From: Oceanospirillaceae bacterium
Lineage (GTDB): Bacteria; Pseudomonadota; Gammaproteobacteria; Pseudomonadales; Oceanobacteraceae
Reading direction: 5' to 3'
Length of the DNA: 64,000 nucleotides
NCBI GenBank assembly: GCA_002724925.1
Contig: PBQA01000003.1
Location: 14,487-78,486, forward strand
Shown here piece by piece: positions 28,469 to 38,441 of the stretch. A program made the position numbers and the translations under genes. The notes below the pieces were generated by a model. That model did not search any database and was not told the origin of the DNA. It worked only from the letters and a program-made list of their open reading frames with translations. Position 1 is the stretch's first letter. Each line of letters opens with the position of its first letter.

Positions 28469-29137
28469 ATGGCAAGATTAAAGAAAGCGTTAGATGGTCG
28501 GGACTCTCACATTCTGACTCTGCGAATCCTTATCGGCATACTGGCAATTGCCCTGCTTTATTCAATTGCTGGATGGAAGGCCGCACCCGAACACATCAAG
28601 ATTGATATTCCACCGGATCTTCGTTCTGGGTCAACACGCGGTATCCAGGAACGTCACCCTTTTAACGTCTACGCCTTCGGCTATTACATCTTCCAGCAAA
28701 TGAATAACTGGCCGGTTGAAGGTATTGAAGATTATAAGAAACAAATCAATCGCTTGAGTTGTTACATCACACCTCGATTTAAAGGAGAGCTTGAGCGTGA
28801 CTACGAACAACGCTTGAAACGACATGAGCTCAACCGTACTCGTGCGCTTCAAGAAATGCCAGACCGTCCCTATACCGACAAGCGTGTTTACGTTGAGTCC
28901 GGTGACTCGTGGGTTGCTTTTTACGATGTGAATATCAAAGAGACCTTCCGATCAGAAATCGTGAAGGACATCTTTGTGCGTTACCCCGTTCGCATTGTTC
29001 GTTGGGATGTCGATCCGGAGTGCAACCTCTGGGGCTTAGCTCTGGACGGCTTCTATAAAAATCCGAAACGTCTTGAAGGTAACCAGCAGGAAAATGAAAA
29101 CGTTCAGGACACGAGCGGCGAAGTGGCAGGAAGATAA
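28469..29137 (+). CDS. PFL_4703/TIGR03746-type protein
   Basis: IDIPPDLRSGS, YAFGYYIFQQMNNW, NLWGLALD. Confidence 0.9.
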   Translation: MARLKKALDGRDSHILTLRILIGILAIALLYSIAGWKAAPEHIKIDIPPDLRSGSTRGIQERHPFNVYAFGYYIFQQMNNWPVEGIEDYKKQINRLSCYITPRFKGELERDYEQRLKRHELNRTRALQEMPDRPYTDKRVYVESGDSWVAFYDVNIKETFRSEIVKDIFVRYPVRIVRWDVDPECNLWGLALDGFYKNPKRLEGNQQENENVQDTSGEVAGR

Positions 29138-29139
29138 CA

Positions 29140-30048
29140 ATGAAAAAACTACTCAATAAAGCAGCATTGATTGTCGCGGTGGTTGGGTTCTATAGCAACT
29201 CATCTTTAGCGACAGAAATCATTCACTACACCAACCTGCCGGTAACTATCGAACTGCGAAAGGGTGAAGAGCGCAGCATTCAGTTTGGCGATCACGTTCA
29301 GGTCGGTATCACCAAAGGACAGCAGATGAAAAAGCTGTTCCGGGTACAGTCCGCTCAGGGAGCGGTGCATTTTCTTCCCTACGAGGAGTTTGATAAGCAG
29401 CGTGTTCAAATCAAGCGCCTGACAGATGGTCAGGTAATCCTCTTGGACCTGATTGCCGGAAAGGAAGATCCAAATGCGAAACCTCTGGAAGACATTCGGA
29501 TACTTCTGGAATCTGAAAACGTCGTTCCTGAAGATGAGCGTCAGGTATCAGATTCTCCGATGGACATCCCAGTTATTACACCAGTTGATTTGACTCGGTT
29601 TGCGGCACAACGACTATATGGACCAACGAGACTACATCGTGATCGTCCCGGAATCACTGAGACGACTTTGGGAGTAAAGGGAGCGGTTCGTGTCTTTAAG
29701 GGTGAGAACAAATACAAGACGTATTCCAAACCGATATTAGCCTACCAGGGTGGTGGTTATTATCTGGCAGCTATTCACATCAAGAACACCTCTGAAGATG
29801 AGGTAAAGCTGAACTACCTCGATCTCAATCTGCCGTTTTCTCACGCTACTTTCCAACATCATATGTTGTATCCAAACGGTACACCGGGCGACAGCACTGT
29901 GCTGTACCTGATTTCAGAAAAGCCATTGAAGGAGACGCTTTACCCCTGGACCTACTATCAGGACCTCAAAGCGGAGGCTGAAGAAATGGCGCGACTCGAA
30001 GAAAAAGCGGAGGCGGAGAAGAAGCGCAACCGCCATAAACACAAGTAA
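29140..30048 (+). CDS. PFL_4704/TIGR03749-type protein
   Basis: TPVDLTRFAAQRLYGP, FSHATFQH. Confidence 0.88.
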   Translation: MKKLLNKAALIVAVVGFYSNSSLATEIIHYTNLPVTIELRKGEERSIQFGDHVQVGITKGQQMKKLFRVQSAQGAVHFLPYEEFDKQRVQIKRLTDGQVILLDLIAGKEDPNAKPLEDIRILLESENVVPEDERQVSDSPMDIPVITPVDLTRFAAQRLYGPTRLHRDRPGITETTLGVKGAVRVFKGENKYKTYSKPILAYQGGGYYLAAIHIKNTSEDEVKLNYLDLNLPFSHATFQHHMLYPNGTPGDSTVLYLISEKPLKETLYPWTYYQDLKAEAEEMARLEEKAEAEKKRNRHKHK

Positions 30049-30059
30049 GGGGCTTCGGT

Positions 30060-31550
30060 ATGAAATCAAATATTGTTATCAAAGCCTTGGCGGTCGTAAT
30101 CGTCGTCATCCTTTTGGTTGTTGTGATGAAGGGCCGCAAGGAAAAGCAAGTTACCGCACAAGCGCCTGGTCAAGCGACTGAATTGACCGGGTTGTCTGCT
30201 ATTGAGAGCGGTCCTGCACAACCGGACAACGGCCTCGCTATTGACCCACTTGAAGAGGGTTTTCTTGAAGAAGAGTACGGTGTAGACGTTGATAGTCCAG
30301 TTGAGACTATGAGAACGCTTACCAATGAAACTCGTGCGGTTCGCGAAGACTCAGTAAAGCTTCAGGAAGAGAACAAACGCCTGAAGCAAGAGATCGACAA
30401 ACTTTTGAAGATGGAAGAAAGCCTTAATAAGCGAGTTAATAGCCGTTTTTCGAATGCTGAAAAGCAGGCAGAGCAGCAACAGAGGGAATTAGAGCATACT
30501 CAAGATCTCACTCGTGGATTGATTAATAAACTCGAAAAACGCCTTGAGGAGTTACAGCAGGGTGGTAAAGACAAGGGTGGTAACACAACCGCTAGTGGTT
30601 ATGACATTGGAAGTGCAGGTATTCCGAGCGGCCTTGGATACGACGAAAACGGTATGCAGGTTGATTTTGATCAGGTTGTTTGGACGAATCCGATTGACGC
30701 CAATGTGGACCCGCGTGATCCGACAAAGATCGGTCTTCCTGATTTCAGTGCAGCAGCAGAAGAAAATCTTCCAGCGTTAGCTAAAGGACCAACCAAGTCC
30801 AAGAAGCAAACCAAAGAAGAGCGGTCTGTCAAAGCTTACACCATTCCAATTAACGGTACCTTAATTGGCTCAGTTTCCATGACGGCCATGCTTGGACGTA
30901 TTCCGATCAATGGTCAGGTTATCGACCCTTATCCGTTTAAGGTGATGGTGGGTGAGGAAAACCTGTCCTCCAACGGCATCCATATACCAGGCGTTACCGG
31001 CATCAAAATGTCGGGCATTGCTAAGGGAGACTGGACCCTTTCTTGTGTGAGTGGGGAGATCACTTCCATGACGTTCACATTCCAGGATGGAACCATTGTG
31101 ACCTTCCCGGAACCAGGTACAAAAACAACAGATCCGATCGCATGGTTCTCAGACAAGAATGGTATCCCATGCATTACTGGTCAGCGAATTACAAACGCTG
31201 CTTCATATCTGACATCTCGGGTAGGGCTTACCGCAGCCGCTTCATATGCAAATGCGGAAGCCGCAAGCCAGTTCACCACACAATCCAATAACAATGGCGG
31301 GTTGACCAGTGGGTTAACCGGTGATCCGAAGATTGTTGCCAAAAATACAGCTATTTCAGAAGGCCTTAACGAGGTGACTGATTGGCTGGATGCACGACAA
31401 GAAAATTCCTTTGACGCCATCTATGTACCACCTGGTACCGAGCTGGCTATTCACATTTCAGAGGAATTAAAAATTGACTATGACCCAGAAGGTAGAAAGG
31501 TAAATCACTATGCGAATATTAACCGTCGTTCTGACCGTCACCTTGATTAG
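30060..31550 (+). CDS. PFL_4705/TIGR03752-type (VirB10-like) protein
   Basis: YTIPINGTLIGSVSMTAMLGRIP, GDWTLSCV, FDAIYVPPG. Confidence 0.9.
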   Translation: MKSNIVIKALAVVIVVILLVVVMKGRKEKQVTAQAPGQATELTGLSAIESGPAQPDNGLAIDPLEEGFLEEEYGVDVDSPVETMRTLTNETRAVREDSVKLQEENKRLKQEIDKLLKMEESLNKRVNSRFSNAEKQAEQQQRELEHTQDLTRGLINKLEKRLEELQQGGKDKGGNTTASGYDIGSAGIPSGLGYDENGMQVDFDQVVWTNPIDANVDPRDPTKIGLPDFSAAAEENLPALAKGPTKSKKQTKEERSVKAYTIPINGTLIGSVSMTAMLGRIPINGQVIDPYPFKVMVGEENLSSNGIHIPGVTGIKMSGIAKGDWTLSCVSGEITSMTFTFQDGTIVTFPEPGTKTTDPIAWFSDKNGIPCITGQRITNAASYLTSRVGLTAAASYANAEAASQFTTQSNNNGGLTSGLTGDPKIVAKNTAISEGLNEVTDWLDARQENSFDAIYVPPGTELAIHISEELKIDYDPEGRKVNHYANINRRSDRHLD

Positions 31551-31923
31551 TATGTTGAGTGCCTGTGCTACCAAGGATTCCATTATTCCGGTACCAGAGC
31601 ACGACATGAAGGAAGTCTACAACAGACACATGCAGGGCATCGGGGATGGTGAACTGTATGACAAACGTTCGTTGATTCGTCGCCCAATGGTTGAGGGAGA
31701 TGTGGTCTTGAGCGATTACGTCCGTACTGAGAAGACTCAGCTTGAAGCTCGATTCAAAACGCTTCCCAATCCAACCATGTACATGTTTGTTGCACCACAC
31801 CTGGCTGCCGATACGCAAGTGCCGATTCCAGGCTATCTCACCGAATTCAAAATGTGGGAGCGGGAGCACTATGCGTTGCCAGGTGAGATCAGCGATATGA
31901 AATCCAGCTTTGAGGGAGAGTGA
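31510..31923 (+). CDS. TIGR03751-type conjugation lipoprotein
   Basis: Lipobox LSAC; LPNPTMYMFVAPHL...PIPGY. Confidence 0.88.
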   Translation: MRILTVVLTVTLISMLSACATKDSIIPVPEHDMKEVYNRHMQGIGDGELYDKRSLIRRPMVEGDVVLSDYVRTEKTQLEARFKTLPNPTMYMFVAPHLAADTQVPIPGYLTEFKMWEREHYALPGEISDMKSSFEGE

Positions 31924-34900
31924 GAATGAGTTTTGCGCAAAAGCTGAAGGAAGTTTTTATTCCGCCAAAAGACGATCAGGAGCCTGTTGCAAATCAGCCT
32001 CAGCCAGAAGCCGAGACTGAGGAACAGGTAGAAGGGAAGAAGAAACCTTTGACCTCGATGGACGCTGCTCGCATTTATGGCAGACCTTCGTCGTTTGTGC
32101 AGAAACTTCCCTGGTACGAGTTCCAAACAGAATCTCAGACCATCCTACTCGATGACGGCAAATCCGTAGGTGCTGTTTTCGACATAGTGCCGATTGCGAC
32201 TGAAGGCCGTTCATACAACTGGCTCCAGGATCGTCGTGACATGATTCAAGATGCTCTTCAGGACTGCTTCGAGGAGCTTCCATCTGGGCCGTGGATCATT
32301 CAGCAATATACCTATGACGATGACAACATGGAGGAGTATATCGACAAACTCCGTGCTTATCCGAAGGCCTATTGCAAGGATACCAAGTACACCAAAGAGT
32401 GGCTGGACATCATGGAGGCGCACTTACGGGGCATCTGTAAGGAGGGCGGTCTGTTCGAGGATAAAGAAGTCCTTGATGCTCCTTGGGGAGGCAAGATCCG
32501 CCGCATCAAAATGGTGGTCTATCGCAGACTTCCGCCAAAGTGGAAATCTTATGCTGGCATGACGCCAGAAGAAGAGCTGAATGATGTAATCCAGAAACTG
32601 GAAACCGCATTCAGGGATGCTGGTATTTCGCTGATCCGGAATAACGGGAAGATGTTCTACGAGTGGATGTTGGGTTGGTTCAATCCTCGTCCACTTCTGA
32701 CGAATGGCGATAAGCGTAAATTCCGTGAGTTGGCCAGCTACGTTGATGAAGATGATCTTCCCTACGGCGATGACCTAGCGGAAAGCCTGTTCTTCAATTT
32801 GCCGAAGTCAGACGCTGAAAATCAGACATGGACCTTTGATGAGCTGCCCCATCGCTGTATTCGCGTACACAAACTCCGTCGAACCCCAAAGATTGGCCAG
32901 ATCTCAGGTGAAGTCGGCTCGGTGACACCAGATGGTGCTTCAACCGGCAAAGCCAGTTGCATGATGGACAAAATGCCTCCTGGTACCATTATGGCCACCA
33001 CGATCATCATTACTCCCCAGGATGAAGTTCAGAATCACATTAATCGTATCCAGGATAAGTCCAAGGGCGAATCTGTAGATGCGACTATGGCACGTAAGGA
33101 CTGTGATATTGCCAAGAACCTCATGGGCAATAAACACAAGTTGTACCGTGCCATGATGTGTGTGTACATCCGAGGTGAAAACCTGAAGGATTTGCGCAAG
33201 AAGTCAAACCAGGTCAGCACAATGTTGCTGACCAATCAGTTAGCGCCAGTACGCGAAGAAGATGAATCTCTGGGTCTGGATGCCTACATATACAACCTGC
33301 CGATGGTTTACGAGCCAAAGATGGATCGTAATTACAAAGCCACTCGTCCGGTCTGGTCTCAGCACCTGGCAAATCTTTCATCGGTCTTTGGCCGACATCG
33401 CGGTACCGGCAATCCCGGCCAGACCATGTATAACCGTGGCGGCGAACCAATATCATTCGATCCGTTCCATAGTCAGGACCGGAAGAAGAACGCGCATGGT
33501 CTGATCCTCGGGCCTACTGGTGCGGGTAAGTCTGCATCGATTACCAATATGGCCTCACAAATCATGGCTTTGCTACGGCCTCGTTTGTACATCATCGAAG
33601 CCGGTAACTCCTTTGGACTTCTGGCGGACTATTTCGCTGACAAGGACATGACCGTTAACAAAGTGCAGTTGAAGCCCGGTGCTGGCGTAACGCTGCCGCC
33701 GTTCGTTGATGCGGACAAGTTGTTGGATGCAGACGAAGAGGAGCTTCTTGGCTCTCGAATCGTCAGTGACACCTCCATGATCACTGAAGATGACCTCAGA
33801 GCTCATATCCCTGAGAAAATTAAAATCGACGATACCTACAAAACCTATAACGAACTGACTGAGCTGGAGCGAAAGCACGTTCGAGATAAGGCCGCTATGG
33901 ATGTCATCGCCGAGATGATGATGGCAGAAGACAGCGACGGTGACGATGAGGGAGATGAACAGCGGGACATTATGGGTGAGATGGAAATCATAGCCACACT
34001 CATGATCACCGGTGGTGAAGAAGAAGAGGCTAAAAAGCTCACCCGTGCAGACCGTCGAATGATTCGGGATGCCATTCTCAATGGTGCAAGAAAAGCGCGG
34101 TCGGAAGGTCGCCGTACCATGACTTCAGATGTTGCTGATGGCTTCAGCATGATCAACAAAAATGACAACTACCCTGAGCACAGAAGAATGCGTGCTTTTG
34201 AGATGGGTGAATCTCTGCGGATGTTCTGTGATGGCTTTGAGGGTGAAGTGTTCAACACCGATGGAGAAGCTTGGCCTGATACCGATGTGACCATCGTGGA
34301 CTTGGCTACATTTGCCCGTGAAGGTTACAACGCCCAGCTTGCTATCGCATACACCTCCATCATGATGCGCATTAACAACCTTGCGGAGAAGCATCAACAC
34401 GATGAGCGTCCTATCGTTATGTTGACGGACGAGGGCCACATCATCACAACGAACCCGCTGTTGGCACCGTTTGTTGTGAAGGTCGTGAAAATGTGGCGTA
34501 AGTTGGGGGCCTGGTGGTGGGTAGCCACGCAGAACATGGCGGATTTCCCGAATGCAGCCAAGAAGATGCTCAACATGATTGAGTGGTGGATCTGCTTGGT
34601 AATGCCTCAAGACGAGATTGAAGACATCGCCCGCTTCAAGAGTCTCAACGAAGAGCAGAAGCAACTCATGCTCTCTGCGAAGAAGGAACCCAAAAAGTAC
34701 ACCGAGGGGGGTGGTTCTTTCGGAAAACATGGAAGCTCTATTCCGGAACGTACCGCCTTCACTTTTCCTCAGTCTTGCAGGGACGGAGAAAGACGAAAAA
34801 ACAGAACGTGCCAAGTACATGAGGCAGTTTGGTATCACGGAAGTTGAAGCTGCTGAATATGTCGGTCGCATGATTGACTACTACCGTGGTATCGCTGAAA

Positions 34901-35079
34901 AGCCCGAAGACCCTAAGCCGCGCAAGGCTATGAGCAAGGAAAAAGCGTTAGCCAGAGAAACTCTCGCCCGTCTTGAGCGTGAGAGTGCTGCACTTTCAGA
35001 AGAACAAGCAAATTCTGAAGTGTTGAAGGTATTGCAGGAAGATATTGAGGCTGACCAGGAAGAGGGAGTTTCTGTATGA
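31920..35079 (+). pseudogene. traC: VirB4/TraC-like conjugative ATPase (PFL_4706 type) with a +1 frameshift near the C-terminus
   Basis: Walker A GPTGAGKS and Walker B TDEGH. After KKYTEG the family-like tail (VVLSENMEALFRNVPPSLFLSLAGTEKDEK) continues in another frame to 35079; G6 run at 34706-34711. May be a sequencing error. Confidence 0.85.
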
Positions 35080-35537
35080 CGCCCGTAAGATTTCTTTTTG
35101 TACTTCTGGTGCTTGGCTGCCAGTCGGTATTAGCCAATCCAATCAGTAATATCCGTGTATTCCAAACAGATGCTGTTCCTGTTCGAGAAGACCTCAAGCT
35201 GCCGCCCAACATGGTGGTTCATGTGTACAACATGGACACCAAAAACAATGCCACGGCCAAGCTCAACGAGATGGTGAAAGCCAAGCTTAGCTCGAATGTT
35301 GGGCCTTCAAATTATCGAGACGCCAATCAGCAGGCATTCAGTGAAGTACTTAATGGACCGCACTGGCGTTCGCTTTATGAAGAGATGGAAGAGGGTGGCG
35401 AGGCCATCGAGTACGCCATTCGATTCAGAATCAAAAAGCTGCCAGCCATTGTGTTTAACGACAAGTCAGTGGTCTACGGCGTTACCTCCTTACAAGAGGC
35501 GATCAGAATCTTCAACAACAAAGGGGGTGATAGATGA
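35076..35537 (+). CDS. TIGR03757/DUF1525-type ICE protein
   Basis: IKKLPAIVFNDKSVVYGVT. Confidence 0.85.
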   Translation: MTPVRFLFVLLVLGCQSVLANPISNIRVFQTDAVPVREDLKLPPNMVVHVYNMDTKNNATAKLNEMVKAKLSSNVGPSNYRDANQQAFSEVLNGPHWRSLYEEMEEGGEAIEYAIRFRIKKLPAIVFNDKSVVYGVTSLQEAIRIFNNKGGDR

Positions 35538-36694
35538 AGAAACTACTGTTTGTCGTCATCGCGCTCTGTTTATCCGGCATGGCAGGTCAAGCATTCGCGT
35601 ATCCGGATACATGGACGCAGTTTGACCCGAATGACCTTGATGCAGCTCGTGACCAGACTATGGGGAATACCCAGCAAATGCTGGAGGAGCGGGGGAGCGT
35701 TGAGTGTATTGCATGTCATGGTGAGACGAACGATCAATATGATGGAGTAATGAATACCCTGGAGATCAGTGAGGCTACCATGTCAGCGGCACTGTCCTGT
35801 ATGAACTGGGAGCTTCGCGGAATATGCGTTTGGATGACTTGTCTGGTTCCACCGGTATGCTCATTCAGTACCTCATTAAAGGTGAAGAACCATGTACCTG
35901 ATCTGGTTATTCAGTCCTATGACCGGGCCAATGGCGAACCTTGGACGGAATCGCAGGATATTAACCAGGTTTCTCAGGGGGATGCCGATTCCTCATGGGT
36001 AACAACCATCATCTCCTGGATTGAGGATTATAACGTTGATGATGTTGGTATCCGTGGTGGGGTGAGTACAGAGGCGAAGAAAGACCAGCACGCCAACCTC
36101 TACTTCAAGCTGGTGGATGCCTACGGTAACCCGTCGCTGATTGCGTATAACGCTTTAGCTCAAACCACATTTGGCCTTGTCTGTGCCGGACAGACGTTTC
36201 CGTTTTTCCCGTATTTCATATCCAACCTGGACTCTATTGCCTGGCGTTGGGACGTGCCGGAGATGTTTTACCCGCAGTCATGGTTACCGCTGGTCAACAC
36301 CTGGGATCTTGGTTCAGTGACCAACAACTATGGTGCAATTTACCCGCGCCACGGTTTTATGACGGCTCAAGACCCCTTGAAGGCAGGAGTGCTGTCCGCG
36401 TTCCGTGCGGCACATTTCATTACTCGCTCTGGTGAGCCTCATCTTTATTACACCATTGATAAAGCCGACCAGGACGGGTACTGGCCATCCGATCCATTGG
36501 ACAAGGACAGAGAAGACACGGGTATTTGGCAGATGCTTTATCCTCGTACCGACAGTTCCTGCCAGCGTTTCCCGTATGGCGGTAATCCTTCGAGTAATCG
36601 GCGTTCTACTGATGGCAGCTATATCTGGAATTTCTGGAAGTCTTACAAGTGCTGTACGCGGCAAGGCCAGCAACTGATTTTTCATACGGGTTAA
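35534..36694 (+). CDS. traU: TIGR03756/TraU-family protein
   Basis: CMNWELRGICVW, KVKNHVPDLV, YPRHGF, WQMLYP, WNFWKSYKCC. Confidence 0.88.
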   Translation: MKKLLFVVIALCLSGMAGQAFAYPDTWTQFDPNDLDAARDQTMGNTQQMLEERGSVECIACHGETNDQYDGVMNTLEISEATMSAALSCMNWELRGICVWMTCLVPPVCSFSTSLKVKNHVPDLVIQSYDRANGEPWTESQDINQVSQGDADSSWVTTIISWIEDYNVDDVGIRGGVSTEAKKDQHANLYFKLVDAYGNPSLIAYNALAQTTFGLVCAGQTFPFFPYFISNLDSIAWRWDVPEMFYPQSWLPLVNTWDLGSVTNNYGAIYPRHGFMTAQDPLKAGVLSAFRAAHFITRSGEPHLYYTIDKADQDGYWPSDPLDKDREDTGIWQMLYPRTDSSCQRFPYGGNPSSNRRSTDGSYIWNFWKSYKCCTRQGQQLIFHTG

Positions 36695-36712
36695 TGAAGG
36701 GGAACAACGACA

Positions 36713-38074
36713 ATGCAAATCAGATTATATAAAGGTCTGGCAGTCATGCTGTGCGCTGCGCTCTCGGGTGTAGCAACCGCAGACAGCCTCGAACACTCGC
36801 CACGTCTGAAGGGTGCCATCGATTACGAAATTGGTGGTGGTTACATTTCAGATGCACCTACTCGAATCCATACCGTGCCCATCCTGGAGTTAGGGATTGG
36901 CTGGGACCTGAATATGGAGTGTGGTGAGTTCGATCCGCGCATTTCGGTGAGTAACCAGCTTAACGGTATTACCGAGGGCTTCCGGAACATGATGGATAAC
37001 ATCATTCAGTCTGCAACCGGTGCAGTAGCGAGTTTGCCAGCTCTGGCAATTCAGCGTGCCAATCCCGGTCTGTATGACATGCTTCAGCAGGGTATTTTGC
37101 AGGGCAAGATGGATTTTGAGTGGGCAGAAACCTCCTGTGAGGAGATGTCTCGGGTATTGATGGGAGAGCAATCCTTCCCGTTTGAGAAGTACAAGCTATC
37201 CATTAAGACGAATAACTGGGCTGAGGAAATCAATGCTTCTGGTGGGGATGCGATTCGTGCCAAGGAAGCGCTTGATGATACCAACCACGGTAATGCCGGT
37301 GCAGAGTGGGCTTGCGGTACCAATAAAGGGGGAACTGGCCAGCAACCTATTCGTGCTCTGACGGACGTGGTTCAGGTCGGCTACAACATCATGTTTGATC
37401 GGGCAAACAGTTGTGCCACTTCCACCGTAGGACCTGCTGACGGTCAGGGTACTCCTCTCTGGGAATACTGGAACGGGCCGGTCGCTGCCTCGAACTGGTC
37501 AACACGAGTTCTTGGTGACATCGAGATGAGAACCTGTGATGGCTGTAAGAAGATGCGCGGTACGCCGGGCAAAGGGTTGACCTACATGCACAGGGATATG
37601 ACCGATGACCTCATTGAGGATCTGGAAGACCTGGTTACCGGTGCAACTCAGTTGACCTGGCAGAACTTAAATCGTGTTTCAGCTCCTCCTGGGGTAATCG
37701 TTAATGACGCTATCATCATGGCCATTCGCAAACGAGATGCACTAGGGCAGGGCGAAATGATCCGCAAGCTGGCGGGTGAGATTGCCTACGCTCGTCTGGT
37801 AGAGCAAGGACGTTTGTTAACTCAATTGCTCAGAACTGGCGTCAAGGAGCCAAACGTCGCGGCGTTTGAACCGGCAAAGATTGTTGTGAACGATGCGATT
37901 GATCAGTTGCAGGTTGAACTGGACCAATTGGACCTTGAAATCAAAACCCGACAAGCCATTGCTCAGAACACCATTCTCCGAATCCTGGGACAGGAAGAGA
38001 AGAACGTTCAGAACACACGCAAAGTTGATCGCGGCAAGGCTTCAGGTACCAACCAACTGGGACAGCCGAACTGA
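36713..38074 (+). CDS. TIGR03755-type ICE protein
   Basis: YEIGGG, MECGEFDP, SLPALAIQRANPGLYDML. Confidence 0.88.
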   Translation: MQIRLYKGLAVMLCAALSGVATADSLEHSPRLKGAIDYEIGGGYISDAPTRIHTVPILELGIGWDLNMECGEFDPRISVSNQLNGITEGFRNMMDNIIQSATGAVASLPALAIQRANPGLYDMLQQGILQGKMDFEWAETSCEEMSRVLMGEQSFPFEKYKLSIKTNNWAEEINASGGDAIRAKEALDDTNHGNAGAEWACGTNKGGTGQQPIRALTDVVQVGYNIMFDRANSCATSTVGPADGQGTPLWEYWNGPVAASNWSTRVLGDIEMRTCDGCKKMRGTPGKGLTYMHRDMTDDLIEDLEDLVTGATQLTWQNLNRVSAPPGVIVNDAIIMAIRKRDALGQGEMIRKLAGEIAYARLVEQGRLLTQLLRTGVKEPNVAAFEPAKIVVNDAIDQLQVELDQLDLEIKTRQAIAQNTILRILGQEEKNVQNTRKVDRGKASGTNQLGQPN

Positions 38075-38436
38075 TGAAAAGCGTAGGCAAATTCTTTGTC
38101 ATCAGCGTTGGGGGCCTTCTGGCCCTCATGGTGCTTGGCATGATTTTCAGCGCCATCTTTGATGTCAAACCAGACGAAATTAAGGGAGTAGACCTGATTG
38201 GTGGCTGGATGTGGTACCGCATCGGCTTTTACGTGGCTGTAATGGCGGCGTGGACACCAATTTGCCGGTTTATGACGAGGCCTCGGTTTAATCCAGGCGA
38301 ACTATCCGATGAAGACCAAGCACAATATGCAGAGAAGCGAGAGCGTGATGTTCAGTATTTGAAATCACAATGGTGGAAAGTCGCGCTTATGCTGGCGTTC
38401 TTTGAAGTGGTCATCATCCAGCAATTTGGGCTCTGA
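38074..38436 (+). CDS. Small membrane protein preceding traG
   Basis: TM helices, WMWYRIGFY; conserved position. Confidence 0.75.
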   Translation: MKSVGKFFVISVGGLLALMVLGMIFSAIFDVKPDEIKGVDLIGGWMWYRIGFYVAVMAAWTPICRFMTRPRFNPGELSDEDQAQYAEKRERDVQYLKSQWWKVALMLAFFEVVIIQQFGL

Positions 38437-38441
38437 AAAGA

